Shown here piece after piece: positions 1-13,399 of a stretch of 64,000 nucleotides of DNA. Position 1 is the first letter of the stretch. Each line of letters opens with the position of its first letter. The stretch is from positions 1,116,001 to 1,180,000 of the forward strand of contig LSRY02000010.1 of the NCBI GenBank assembly GCA_001643675.2, read 5' to 3'. The notes under the pieces were generated by a model. It worked only from the letters and a program-made list of their open reading frames with translations. It was not told the origin of the DNA and did not search any database. Position numbers and translations under genes: made by a program. Source of the stretch: Monocercomonoides exilis PA203. Taxonomy: Eukaryota > Protista > Preaxostyla.

Positions 1-382
1 CTGAATAAAGAGCAAAATTCGTATATATTGTTCCCTGCCTTATTTTTAAAGTCGACGAGTTACACTTTGCAGCCAGCGAAGTTTCCATAGAAAGCGAACA
101 ATCACTCAAAAAAAGTGTGGCATTCATCAAATCAAAAAGGGATGCCAAGCCTTCTGACTCTTCTTTGATGGTGGAATAATCTCCTTTCAAGCGAATAATG
201 TAATCTTCTATCTTAACATTACCTGCTAAATAAGTGTTTCCTTCCAGTGCTATTAAACATTCTTCCTTTCGATTAGCATGATTTTTCAGAGCCTCTTCGA
301 TAATTGGCTTTATCCTTTCTTCTGCATGTACAAAAGACGTTCCATATAAAATTATAAAAGCATATAAGCACAAAAATGCCAT
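1..382 (-). CDS. 5' part of a secreted or surface protein (runs off the left edge)
   Basis: Manual translation from ATG 382 is open to base 1: MAFLCLYAFIILYGTSFVHA (signal-peptide-like) EERIKPIIEEALKNHANRKEECLIALEGNTYLAGNVKIEDYIIRLKG...ATLFLSDCSLS. It is absent from the ORF track because it has no stop in the window. Confidence 0.65.
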   Translation of the reverse strand, partial: MAFLCLYAFIILYGTSFVHAEERIKPIIEEALKNHANRKEECLIALEGNTYLAGNVKIEDYIIRLKGDYSTIKEESEGLASLFDLMNATLFLSDCSLSMETSLAAKCNSSTLKIRQGTIYTNFALYS

Positions 383-1412
383 CCTAAATGTAAAAAACGT
401 AAAAACGAAAATATATCCCATATATTTTTTTTAATTTCGCAAAAATCGAATCTTTTCAAAAACGTGTCTGACTCTCTGTGAATTTGAATGCTGAACTTAT
501 GTGTATTTCTATCAAGTAAATGTTTCTTTTTTCAATTACAAATTTTTGTTTTTTGAAAAGTTATATAAAAAATTTGCAGAAAATAAAAATTTCTAATGAA
601 ATAAAAAACAAACTTTGCAACAACTGTGCACAAGCTTGCAGTTGATCAAAAAAAATAATATGATAAAACTTTTACAGTTCTTATTTTTCATTATGAAATA
701 ATTCTGTTTCTTTTTCTCCTTGACGAAAAGCTATCTTTCATAAAACTTTGCAAATAGAAATAAAAATGATTCTTAAATTATCATTCCATCATTCACCATA
801 TTTTGCAAATCTCTCTGGTTTTTTATCCTTTTCAAATGTTGCAATTTTCTTCATATTTTAGGAAATTTCTCAAATCGGACATTTATCAAACAAAAAAGAA
901 AAGAAGAATATTTAACTTCATTTCAATTTAAAAAGACACAAAAACACAAACACCGATAAAGAACGGTTGGTAAAAATACTCATTGATAGATAAAACATAT
1001 TAACATGCATATAAAGTCATGCAACAGAAAAACATGGAAATAATAAAAAAGAATTGCTCTATGAAAAAAATGAACAGTTATTGCAAAGATGAATAAAAAT
1101 CAAAAATATCAATCAAAAAATTGAATCGCTCGATTACAAAAGAAAATTTATTGGAGTTTCCATTTCAATTTTAAATAGACAAAATAAATTGTCCATCCAG
1201 AAAAATAAAAAGTCAAAATTGTGAAAACAATACACTGTCATTAAACAATTAGAATACTCTACCATTAATCAGGTTGAAAATATTACACTTTCCAAACTTC
1301 GCAAGCAAAATAGCAAAAACAATTCTCTTTAAAATCTCAAAAATGCATGAATACGCTCGTTTTCTTTTTCTCTGTTCACATTTTAAATACATGCATTGGA
1401 AAATGCAACCAA

Positions 1413-3417
1413 CTAGTTTTCATCACAGTCTTCATTTTCAGCTTCAATATCGCTTTCGTTACTGTATTCAGTATCTTCTCTCCAAAATTTATAAAAATTA
1501 ACGTTATATTTCTCTTTTGCATATTCGTTTGAGGATATTCTGCCGGCTTCTAAACATTCAGCAAGAGGTTTCAGATATTCATCTTCGTAGTGCGTCAATG
1601 CTGCTAAATCATCAGAATCGATTCTTGCATCTGGAAAACAATTTATGTCGCACACTTCTTTTTCTTCATTTGTTGTTGCATTTTCATTGCCTTCTTCTTG
1701 ATCCTCATTCATATACATGGCGCAAACTGGGCAAATCTTTAAGTCGCACTTTGCTTTCATTCTGCTTCTTATCAGTTCCTCCTTTTCAACTTCCCTCCTG
1801 TCTTCAAATTCATTCTGAGCTCTATGTCCTCACAAAACATCCATAACGTCTTCTTCCTCAAGGACTTCTACCAGCATTGCATTCAATCTTCCACGCAATG
1901 GTTGGGAAATGCATGAATAACGTTTGAAGTCGTATACATAAATCCTTTTAAGATGTGATATAATATGAGCATTCGAAGACAATGCTGCCCACACATTCAA
2001 AAGTGCCTTTGCTGCCTCGCCTCTCAGCATGTCACTGGCTGTTTCGCACAGCAGAAATGCTATTCTTTCTATTAAATCTCTTTTGATGAATTTTGTAATC
2101 CCCTTCAAAATGGGAATAGAAAGCCACATTCGAAAGCACTTCATTGAAACCTCACGAAAACGCAATATCATTTCTTTGATGCTTTCCTCTTCGCAAAACA
2201 AGCCATCTTCCATCCGCTGGAAATTTGCTCTCCCAGAAGAGAATGCATTTGGCTTATCATCATTATCATCGCAAAATTTGCTCCCAGGAAAAAGTGCCTT
2301 CCAGTTCTCTTCTGTCCAACTCCCAAACAAATAACTCTTCACTTTTTTCACAATTCTTTTTTGACTTGTTAATAACTGCACAAACGCTCCATGCTGTTCG
2401 CTTGTTGCTCTACACAAACATTGAAACGCTCTGAGAGCAATGGAGCAGACTGGTCCCTTTGAATACACTGGAGGCATCCAACCAGAAGGATATATGTTGA
2501 GCTGTGCCTGTGAATGCTGCAAGAAGCCTGATGGATTTGGAGCAGAAATAAACGAATCAATGGCAAGCAAACTGTTTGCGTTCGCATCCTTACCACAGTC
2601 AAGAATAATTTTTGAATTAAAATAGTCACTTAGCATATCCAATGAATCCAAGACAACAGAATGAATCGCGTTGGACAGCAACCCATGAAGCCACTTTCCA
2701 ATGATGTCTGGATCTTCGCTTCCAAAAAATGGAGTGCTTTCTATAAAAATATTAATATCACAAATAATAATTATAATAACACTCAAAAATTTTTACAAAT
2801 GCTTTGGTAGATAAAGATACCGCAATTTATTGTGAAACGTCGAAAAATTGCTGTTGTGAATAAGCATATGTCTTCATCATCACATTCACCCAAATGAGCC
2901 AATTCATCTTCTGCTGTATAGGACTTGTCGTCCATGAAAAAGCATGGAATAGATTTAACAAGATGCATTTCCTGTTCTGGAAGATTTTCATCATCCACAG
3001 ACATTTCGTCTGATGAGGAATCTCTATTAAAACATATCATTCGGGAAACGTGTCCAAGAGTACGAGCTGCTAAAAGTTCAACAGGCTTTTGAAATTTACC
3101 ACAAATGGTTTTTAATTTTTTCATAAAGCTTGAATCATCCCAGAAGTTTTGAATATCATTATCCTTTGGATCAACAATTTTCAGAAGATGATAAAGTCTT
3201 CTAAGCTGCTTCTCCAGCGCTTTCCCTTCTTTCAGCATAATTTCTGATAAATATTGGAAATTAAAGTGAAAAATTCAATTTGAATTTTCAACAGAGCAGA
3301 AAAATAACCAAAACCTTTTTTCAATAACTGCATTTCTTCAATCACGTACAGCTTGCTGGAATCTGCTCGACTATTTTCATCTGCATTGGTTTTATCATTT
3401 ATCTCTAATTTCAGCAT
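1413..3417 (-). CDS. Three-exon ARM/HEAT-like hypothetical protein with one in-frame TGA (1830-1832) before a CPVC-containing acidic tail; possible pseudogene
   Basis: Introns 3314-3244 (GTTTTG..TCAG) and 2820-2741 (GTATCT..ATAG) join the track ORFs in frame. ORFs 1830..2786 and 1413..1760 share a frame with 23 sense codons between them. Helical repeat-like segment DLIERIAFLLCETASDMLRGEAAKALLNVW. Confidence 0.6.
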
Positions 3418-4799
3418 TATTGATCTTTTCAACTTTTCCAAAAAATAAGCAGAATTTTCGAAATTTGGAATTTTTTATGGGTCATCTCTTTGAAAAAAGT
3501 GATTGAAGAAAAAAATATTTTCTTTAAAAAAGTTCATTGGTTGTTGTTGAAAAACATGTTGCAAATGGTCAAATAAACAAACAACAAATCAATGCTCAAA
3601 AAAAAAAAAAAAAATCGATAGATAGTGAAAGAAAAAGATAGAATTCATTTGTTGAAAGTAATAGAAAAATGTTCATCTGAATGTTTGGGACCATTAAGTG
3701 CTTTTCCATGATTGGTAAATGAAAATAAAAAATTTCACAAATAAAGGCAAGAGTTCCATCAAAACGATTGTCATTTCTTATTTTCCATCAAGCCAAATGA
3801 AAAGATTGACTGATTCCATCTCTTCCAATATGTTTCTATTTGCTTTTCTGCTCATGTTCTGATATACCATTAACCATCTTCATTTGCTCCAGAACACTTA
3901 ACTTTCTCTTATCAAAGCTTTATCATCTTTCCCAATGACAAATACTCATAGAAAAAATATTTTTTGTCTTGTTTCTAATGAAACCATATCTGTTCCCAGC
4001 TCAGCACATATTTCCTCTCTTCAGTTTTGTATTCCGTTCTGGATGAGCATTTGCATCAAATAAATGTAAAAATCAGAATTCTTCCATTTCGTTTCGATCA
4101 AATGGAACGATTTTTCCTTTGAGAATATTTGATTGTTTTCTGTTTTTGGTAAAAATAAAGAATGCAGGTTTTGGCTTTTTGATATTATCACCGTTTATTT
4201 TTTTCACGCAATTCGCATGATTATATCTTTTGTTGTGAAAACAACATACACAGCACAATATCTCAAAAACAGAACAGAAAACGCATTGCACATGCAACAA
4301 CAAAGGTGCTGGCAAAAAAATATGAATAAATACATACACAAACACAATAATGATCACAAAGCATAGAAAGGATTCAATACATATTGGCAAAGTGAAATAC
4401 ATACACACTCTGCTTCCAAAAAATCAAAATGTTCAAAAATGAATCGCAAGCCAAATCAGCCAATGCCCACCCACAAAATAGGTCAGCATCCACACCCAAA
4501 ACAACAAAACAGAAACCCTCAACACCCACATCTCTTTTTCATTCTCCTCATTCGACAATGCACATATCCCAACACAAAACATACAAACGGCTTGCTGCCT
4601 TCCTCACACACTTTATCAAGCAACTCACCCTCGTTTTCACAAATGATCATCTTTCCTGTTTTTTTTCCCTCTTCTAACACCAAATCAAATCTTGCATCCC
4701 TGTTCTTTTTCCAACTCCACTCTTCCTCCAACCAGTCTCCAATCACACCCAAATCCACATCTTTTCTTTTCCACATTTCATCTCCAATAATTCTCTTCA

Positions 4800-7700
4800 T
4801 CAGCCCCTTTTCATCCCTTTCCACATTTCTTCAAAAGCTCTTGCAATCTTTTCTTCTTCTTTTCCTTCTTCTTCTTCCTCCTCCTCCTCATCTTCTTCTT
4901 CCTCTTCTCCTTCATCTCCTTCATCTCCTTCTCCATCTCCTTCTTTATCCTCTTCTTCCTCAATTTCATCTTCTTCCCCATTTTCAATCATCCCAGTTGC
5001 CCCAATCGCATCTGACATCGTCACCATCCTTGCCTCCGCTGGAAAAATCTCCAGCAGTTCTCTCCTCACCTCCACAACCCCTGGCCTGTCTTTCCCTTGC
5101 CCAGAAATGCAACTCCCCACAACACCAAACAGCCCACTTCCCCGAATCTCCTCCACATCTGGCCTCTCCCCATTCATTATCTTCTGCCCTGCAATCACTG
5201 CCTCATACTCCCCAAACGGCACCTTCAATGTCAGGCACTCCCACAACATCATCCCAATCGAAAACACCACTGACTTCTTTGTTACTCCCATCTTCTTGTT
5301 CATCAGCAGCTCTGGTGCCTTCCACCTCAGACACTCTTTTTTGAATTCATCCTCATCCTCAAAAGCAGATGAAGCAAGAGAGTCTCTATCATCATTATCA
5401 CTGGCAGATGTTACAACTGTTGATGAAGAGATTGACGATGACTCTGAATCGTCAGATGAAAAGTCAGAGTGCATCACAACGCAGATCACCATATGCTCAG
5501 AAAACAGCACAATGTGAGGACTGAGACTGACCAAAGATTGAAGAGGGTTTTCCATTTCGTCAAATGAATGAAGTGCAAGATTAGCCACCCAGAACAGGAT
5601 TTGAGCAGCTGTTTGCTCCCTCTCCTTCAATGAACCAATTGCCATCTCTTTCTTCTCGTTCCTTCCATGAAGCAGCATGAACATCGAATCACGTAGGTCC
5701 ACAATCAGCTTCTCGTGAGGCGATGAGCAGGCCATGGCATCCACCAGATTCGACATTGACGAGGTGGTCGGGCAAGCATGTTCCATGCGAACAAATGTTG
5801 ATTCTGAGTCTGTTGAAGAAAGTGATGGTGATGGTGATGGTGATGGTGATGGTGTTTGCTTTCTTGCCTCTTCTTCCTCTTCCACCTTCTCCAGTGCCCA
5901 TTCTGGAATCTTGTCTGAATCCTTTCCCAATATGTATTCTGTCGATCCACTCTCGCTCAAAAGATACTCTTCTGACTCAGAATGCACCATCTGCTTCCCA
6001 TTCATTCTCTTCTTTATTTTTTCTTCATTCTTCTTCTCTGCTTCTCTCTCTGCTCTCCTCCACTGCTCCTCTGGTGACATCTCCATTGTCACCATCTCAA
6101 TCAGCTTCGGATCCTTCTTCACTGTATCATTCACAATCTCTTCCAGTTCTTCTGTTCTTCTCTTTTGCTTTCTCCATCTCATCGCCAATATTATTGATAT
6201 AATCAGAATAATTAACAGAACAACTGCCATAACTATCACAATCCACATCCATAACGATTTTTCTTCTTTTCCTCCTTCAACAATCCTTTCATCTCCATTT
6301 CCCTTTGCTTCACTTGCATTCTTCAGAATGAATGAATTTGTTGAAGAAGGTGATTTTACATTCCCAAATAAAACATGCACACTCACCTCGATTTCATTTC
6401 CACAACTGCTGATGAGATCTTTTACAACACGTCCTTCTGCTTCTCTTTCTGACAAAAATCCATTTGAATCAAAATCATGTTTTTCAATCTCCTTCTCTTC
6501 TCCCTTCCTCTTCACAACCGAGAATGATAGATTACATGGGATAAGAAGCATTCCTTTGAATATCAGCTTCATTCTATCAGCTTCTTCCTTTGCTTCCACA
6601 CTTTCCAGAACTGGAATGAAGAATGATGAATCCCTTTCTGAAACAATCCCTTCAAAACTGCACCCATCATTAAACATCCAGAGTGATGTGTTTGGCAAAA
6701 CTCCATCTCCTCCTTTCAAACTCACCACATTCAATGTTCCAGAATCTGAACAGATGATATTTCTTCTCAATGATGGATATCTCTCAATTGATGGATTATT
6801 GCTCTCAAATCTTCCATCATCAACAGTTATTTCCCCTCCACTTATTGTTATTCCACCATCTGGTGAAATCGATATTGTTGTGTCTTTCATCGCCACAGAA
6901 CTCTTCACAACATCCACAAGAGATCCATCCCATTTGCACATCTCCCCTTCGGCATTCAAATTCTTTTCATTTCTTTCCTTTGAACTTCCATCAAAAATGC
7001 AACTGTCCATTTTCACATCCAAGCAATTCTCTAATTTCATCAATTTCCCTTTTGCTTTGTTTGAATTGATTCCACCAATTGTGCAATTTGCCAATTGCAT
7101 TGTCTTTTTCGTTGACAAGCAAGATATCAATGATTCTTCATTTTCTTCAACTGTGATATTCTCTGTATTTAATCTGTCCATATTTAATTTTCCGCATTCA
7201 TTTATATCTATCAGAGAAATTTCAATTGTTGAATTGCAAAATGTTAATGAATCAATAACTGATGGAAGAGAAGATGAAAGATATATTGCTGTTTCTTGAA
7301 GAATGAGATTTGATATCTTGCATTCCATAAGTTGCAATTCTCCTTTTTTCATATTAATAATGTGAAATGGAATATTTGCAAATTCTTCATTAACTCCTTC
7401 TGTCAATTGTTTTGTTGTGAATGAACAATTCATCACTTCAAGAATCCCTCCTTCTGGTGAGATCAATGATTCATGTTGAGAAATGAAATTCGAATCAAAC
7501 ACAAATCTTATTCTCAATAAAGAAACTTCTCCTGTTGTTGATATTACAGAATCCTTTGTTCTTTCAATCCCTGATTTCATTTCAATTTTGCATTCAACCT
7601 TTCTCTTTGAGCTCAAACACATTTCCCTCAGATTTATCTCTCCACCAATCACACTCTCATCAACAACAATCATTTGGCTAATGAAATCTGAAGTCAAGTG

Positions 7701-10700
7701 CATCAGTCCATGATCAATCGAAGCACATGGAAGTGTGTTTGTTCCACACTGTTTTTCATTTGATCCATTCACACTGCTCACAATGATTGTGTCGCTCTGA
7801 TGAATTGTCACAAAATCAATCAGATCTGTATCATTTGGATAATCACATTCATCTCTTCCATATATCGCATTAATTCGTGAATAATGATTCTCTCGAAGAT
7901 CAAACCGAAATTGGGTTTCATTGATCTGTGGTGTGATGTTGAAGCATTCAATGAAAATATCGTTTCCAACTTTTGCTGTGTTCGCACTGAACTTCATTCC
8001 CACAAATGTGAAATTGAGAAACCCTGTTTCCTTTGTTGCCAAATTCACTCCTCCTCCTCTTCCCGTGATACCGCTGCAGCTGCAATGGCTGATTGTTAAT
8101 TCAATCATCTTCATTGATCCAGATGCTCCCAATGTGAAGAATATTGCCCCTCCTTTCTCACTTGTTTCTGCTTTGTCTTCTGTTATGCTGCTCTCATTCA
8201 CAACAAAATCTATCTTTTTCTCGCTCATTGACTCCAAAATGCTTGCTCCATTGTCGCTCCTCTTCACTCCTGAAAATGATGATTTCTCAATCTCAATAAT
8301 TACATATTCTTCATTTTCTCCTTCATTTATCTTCAACCCTGGTTCAGATTTCTTGATTGATAAAATACATCCTTTGCTTTCATTTAACGAATCCACTCGA
8401 ACATTCACAAAATGGCAAGTTATTCCAACATCATTAATTGCAAAAATACTGTTTCCAACATTGCATGATTCAACAGACAAATCATTCACTTCCACAGTTC
8501 CTCCAATCGCATCCACAAATACACAATCAAATCCATTGTTTACTCCGGCTTCTGAATGGAATGAACATCCAGTAATAGCCAAAGCTCCATTTTTGTTTGA
8601 AATAACAGTTTTGGCTGAATTGTCAAATCCAGATGCCAGTTTCAGTTGGATATTCATCAATTCAAGATGATCATCATTTCCCATGAAATATTCCAATTGA
8701 TTTCCATCTGACTTTTCAAAATTCAATATTGCTTTCACGTTCTCTTCTCCCATCTTTACACCCTTTTTGATCTGATAATTGGACATGTTGAATGAATCTC
8801 GAATGAAAGTTGATCCTTCAATCTGAATTGTTTTCTTTCCAATCTCCTTTTTCATGTTTCCCATCCCTTTCCACATTGAGAAGCATGACTCTTCCTCACT
8901 TCCGCAACGAGCTACGTCAAATCCACTCGATGAGATAAATATCACAATTGAGCTGTATTGAACGAGGAACATGAACAAATCCTTTTCTTGATGATAGTTA
9001 TCTGTCCCCACAAACAAATAACCATCATCTTTCATTGAGGAATAATCAAACTTGAATGAATCGTTTGTTACAGAACTATTCAAATCCTTTCCCAAAATGA
9101 ACACATTTTTTCCATTGGTTGCTTTGTTGTTCTCAAAAGTTACGCCAACATTAAAAAGAAATGGCTTCTCATTCAAACAGTTTTCACAGTCCAAATACAA
9201 GAACCCACCTTTTCCATTGTTTGAAGAAAGCGAACAAGATGATGCATTTGTCGATTTAATAACTAAATCTTCATTCCCTTTCAATATCACTTTTGCAACA
9301 CCTCCTTCTTCACCACTTCCGGTGTTCTCGATGTTTGAAAAGTTGTTGTTTTCAATCAAAACAGAAGAAGATAATACCAATGGTGATTTGGAAAATAAAC
9401 AATCTTTTAGACTGCATCCTTTCAATGTGCAACTTCCAGTTGTTGTTATCAACGAGTATTGAACAATATTTGATGATGATTGAATTTCAAATAAACAGTT
9501 TTCGAGTTGAAGGATCCTACTCGATGAGATCAGTGAATTCATATTTGGCTCAAATTGACTTGGAATTAGCAATTTCAAAGATAATAAGCTGACAGAAACT
9601 GTTGATGAAATAACAGATGAAGACGATGCAGGATTCCCTTTGATTGTCCCTTCAAAATGAACAGGCTTGTGTTTAACATCGTCTCCTCCATTCACATACC
9701 CATCAATCACAAGTGCATCTGTGAAGGAATAAATATCTTCAATTGCCCCTTCATCTTTCACTTTCACTTTCCTTTCCCCCTCTGCTCCACTTCTGTCGAT
9801 ATGATCAATTCCACTCTTCATTGATTGACATGGGAATATCTCACTTCCACATCCCAATGTGTCATGTCCATCTGTCGACACAGACACCTCCACCCACTTC
9901 AAAGAAACAAGAAACACTCGAAGATCCATTTCCCCATAAATCCCATCTTCCCCAACAAAAGCATTCCCATCCTCCTTGTAACCCGAGAAGTCAAGTGCAA
10001 AACGCTCTGTATTCACACTGTTGACCAGACTGCTGCTCTTCAAAAATATGTTCTTCCCAACTGTTGCACTACACCCAGAAAATGATATCGATGAGAGCTG
10101 AAATCCTCCTTCATTTGAACTGCAATCCAGATATATCCCTCCTCCTTTTCCACCATCGCTGGCACCCTCACTCACGCAGCAGCTGGAGAAGGTGGAATCA
10201 CTCACCGAAAATGTGTTGGCAGGTGAAGATGAGGCGAATGAGATGCATCCGCCATTGGTGGCAGTCTGTTGGTTTTGTGGAGCTGAGTCGATGTTGGTCA
10301 TGGAGCAGTTGGTGAGGGAGAGGGGGAGGGCAGGGGAGGTGGTAGAGGAGGGGACACAGCTGGTGGGGGTGGCTATGGATGTGATGTCGATGATGTTGGA
10401 GGAGTTGAGGGTGAGGGGGTTTGTGAGGGAGGTGAGATGGAAGATGCTTTGGCTGTTGAGGGCGAGACTGGTGATTGCTGTGTGGTTGAGGGTGAGGGAG
10501 CCAGCAGTGAGGAAGAAGAGGGGAGTTTTTATAGTTATGGAGGTTGTTCCGGTGATGGTGGTTGTGTTGAGGTTGAGGGAAGGGGAGTTACCGGAGAGGT
10601 GGAAGAGGATGGGGGTGATGGGATTTGTGGAGTTGTGGGCGATGGCGAGGGCAGAGACTGTGAGGGAGCCCTGGGTCTGTTGGAAGAGGGCAGACGAGGC

Positions 10701-12872
10701 AGATGGATTTGGCGAAGAGGAAAATGAAGAGGATGGCTGAGGAATACCATATGAAGAGATAGTTGTGGCATCTGTACCATTTCCGGTGATTTTTGTATCA
10801 ACCGCACTGAATGTGAGTGTTTGAGAAGGAATAAATATTGAGTTGAGGAGAGTGAGGGAGGTGTTTTGGAGGTGGGAAATGAAGCCGTTGAGGGCATATT
10901 CGATGGTGGCACATGGTGTGTGCTGAGGTCTACCACAGATTTCCATATCAATTCCGCTATTGGACACGATTTTGTTCTGGGCTATGAGAGGGAGCCAGCT
11001 GTTATACTCTGTGTTATCAGCTGTTTCACAATTCCACACTCTTTTTGTTGGGGTTGTTGAGCCACAATTCTCGAATGGAGATTGGGTGATACTGCTGCCA
11101 CTGAAGAACGCATCATTCCCTCTGCCATTTGTGGCGGAGTTGCCATCGAAGAAACAAAATGTGATGAATTTCACTTCATTCATCCAATCATACGTTCTGG
11201 TGCAACACAGAGCAGCGCCACCGTAGGTAGTTGGATTTTCAACTTTATTTCCGATGAACTGGCACTCTTGGAGCAAGCACTGTTTTGGTTTTTCTGGTGG
11301 ATGCCAATTAAACGTGACTGCTCCTGCCGTATCTCCACCAGTATTTGCAACACAGATACAATTTTTAAACAAGAATTTTGCATCTGGTGGCATGTAATCG
11401 AGACCAAAATACCACCCAGTTCCAGACCAGCTTGATATTGAACAATTTTCCACTCTGTTTTCAGAGAATGCCCAAATTGAATTGAGTTGTGGAAACCATG
11501 AAGTGACTGCTCCTCCACTGGATGCAGAACAGTTTGTGAAATTTGACTTTGTGATGTTAATATTTAACAAATTTTGACAGAATAATGCTCCTCCACTGAA
11601 TTCATCTGTGGTTGAACAGTTATTGAATGAGCAAGATGAGATTTAGAGACTTGCATTTTCGCAAACAGCTTTTAGAGCACCTCCATATTCATTTCCACCC
11701 TTTGAATCATTCCATTCGCACCATTCGAAGCGATGATTGCTCTCATCAAATGAAGTCAATCTTCCAGGTGTTTTTCTGTCCGTTTCATTTCCAACATGTT
11801 CAACAGGAGCATTTGAAAAGGAACGTGTTTGGTGGAGGAAAGAGGAGTTGAAGGCAGAAAGAGAAGTGGATGGGCTATTGAGGTTTGGGAGGATGGCACC
11901 ATCAATGGGGTTGTGAACGTGGAGGAAGATGGTTGAGTGGATGGAGAAAGATGAGTGAAGGGAGTAGAAGGTGATTGTATTGGTGTTGGTGTTGGTGTTT
12001 GTGGAAGAGGAAGTGAAAGAGGTGGTTGAGATGAATGAATTGAGAAAGTGTGAAGGAAGAGATGGAGAAGATTGAAGGGATTGAGGAGAGGAGATGTTGG
12101 AGAAGAGGGTGTTTGAGAGATGGAGATTGAGATGGATTTGGAGGTGGGGATGGGATTGGCGATGGTTATGGAGAGGGGAACAGGAAGAGGAAATCGAAGG
12201 GGAAGAAAAAGAAGAGGATGAGGAAGGAGAAGAGAAAAGGGATGGAGACGGAGAAGTGGATGGGGAAGAGAGGGAAGAAGGAGAAAAAAGGAAGGGCTGG
12301 ATGAGGGAGATGGACAAGGAGAAAGATGAGTGGGAGATGGAGAAGGAGGCAAAGATTGGGGAGTGGGCATCTGGAAGGAGATTGTTTGGGGTGGAGAAGA
12401 GGGGGAAGGAGAGGATGGCTGGTTGGTGGGTGGTGAGGGAGAAGTTTGTGAGGGCGAGGGAGGCATGGGCAGAGATGAAAAGTGGAGATTTTGTTGTTGG
12501 ATGGATTTGACAGGTGGAGGAAATGATGGTTGCAGCTGAGTGGTGTTTGGAAGTGAGGGTCGGACAACCAGCGAGAGGAGCTAATGCGAGATGGGTCATA
12601 CACAAGGTGGTGTTGATGATATTCAGATTTGTTTGGACACAGCAAATGCAATTGTCAGTTGGTTTTATAACTTTCTCTGATGGAATGTCAAAAATATTGC
12701 TATACCCTCCAATTCCATTTGCAATGTTGATTGAGTCTTTCTGTATCTCCTCGTTCCATTTTTGTAGGAATTGCTTTTCTTCAGTGCTTACACCATTGCA
12801 GCAGCTCACTACAAGCAATAACAACGCAACAATATTGTGTGCAGCCCGTATGCTGGAGAAGCTCCTCATCAT
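4800..12872 (-). CDS. About 2690-codon type I membrane protein: signal peptide, GGA(I/L)/FxxC-N beta-helix-like ectodomain, one TM helix, degenerate kinase C-lobe (pseudokinase); interrupted by one in-frame TAA at 11643-11645
   Basis: ORFs 11643..12872 and 4800..11570 are in the same frame. Hydrophobic N-terminus (IVALLLLVVSCCNG), repeated GGA motifs, four CGxxxxxC modules, TM LWMWIVIVMAVVLLIILIISIILAM followed by RWRKQKRR, and RWKAPELL...VFSIGMMLWECLTLKVPF...ERP...C...RP with no HRD or DFG. Confidence 0.85.
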
Positions 12873-12947
12873 GATGTGGATGCAGGAAAAAATCAGAAAA
12901 TAAAAAACTTCAACGTCCCATATTATAATTATATCGCATTTTTATTT

Positions 12948-13135
12948 GGGACAGAATTCTTGCATTTATGAAAAATTCAATAATTTATTCCAAAAATTTT
13001 CTGCAATTGTATAATTATAATTCTGACATCATTTTGCAGTATTAAACATAGAAATATAAAAAATCGAAAAAAATCTTTGAAAGAACTGTGTGGAACAAAA
13101 TTCATAAAGCATAAAATTTCGTCCCATTTTAAATT
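12948..13135. repeat. Diverged dispersed repeat, copy 1 (upstream of the receptor-pseudokinase start)
   Basis: Colinear similarity with 19115-19300, including GTGGAACAAAATTCATAAAGCA exactly. Confidence 0.55.
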
Positions 13136-13399
13136 AATAATTCTCACTGAAGCCCTTTCAACAAAACCTAACAAAATGATATTCAGCAGAAAGTCGTTTC
13201 TGATTTTATGAGCTTTTTTATTTTTTTGTTTTTGTGCGCTTGTTTATTTCATTGAATTATTTGAATATTTTTTTTAAAAACATTTTGAGTGAGATATATA
13301 AATAAAAATATTTTTATGAAACGAAATAAATTTAACTTTTGATAATTTGGAAGACAGAAAATAAATATATTTGTAAAATAAAATAAAATACAGCTGAAT

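Noticed and set aside
3600-4800. Coding-like W/E-rich sequence downstream of the receptor (ORF 4519..4824 and fragments)
   Set aside because: Many stops and no recognisable motif; cannot distinguish a decayed gene from UTR.
4439-10951. Long + strand and alternate-frame ORFs (e.g. 4439..5344, 5734..7299, 7921..8670)
   Set aside because: Shadows of the receptor-pseudokinase frame with low-complexity translations.
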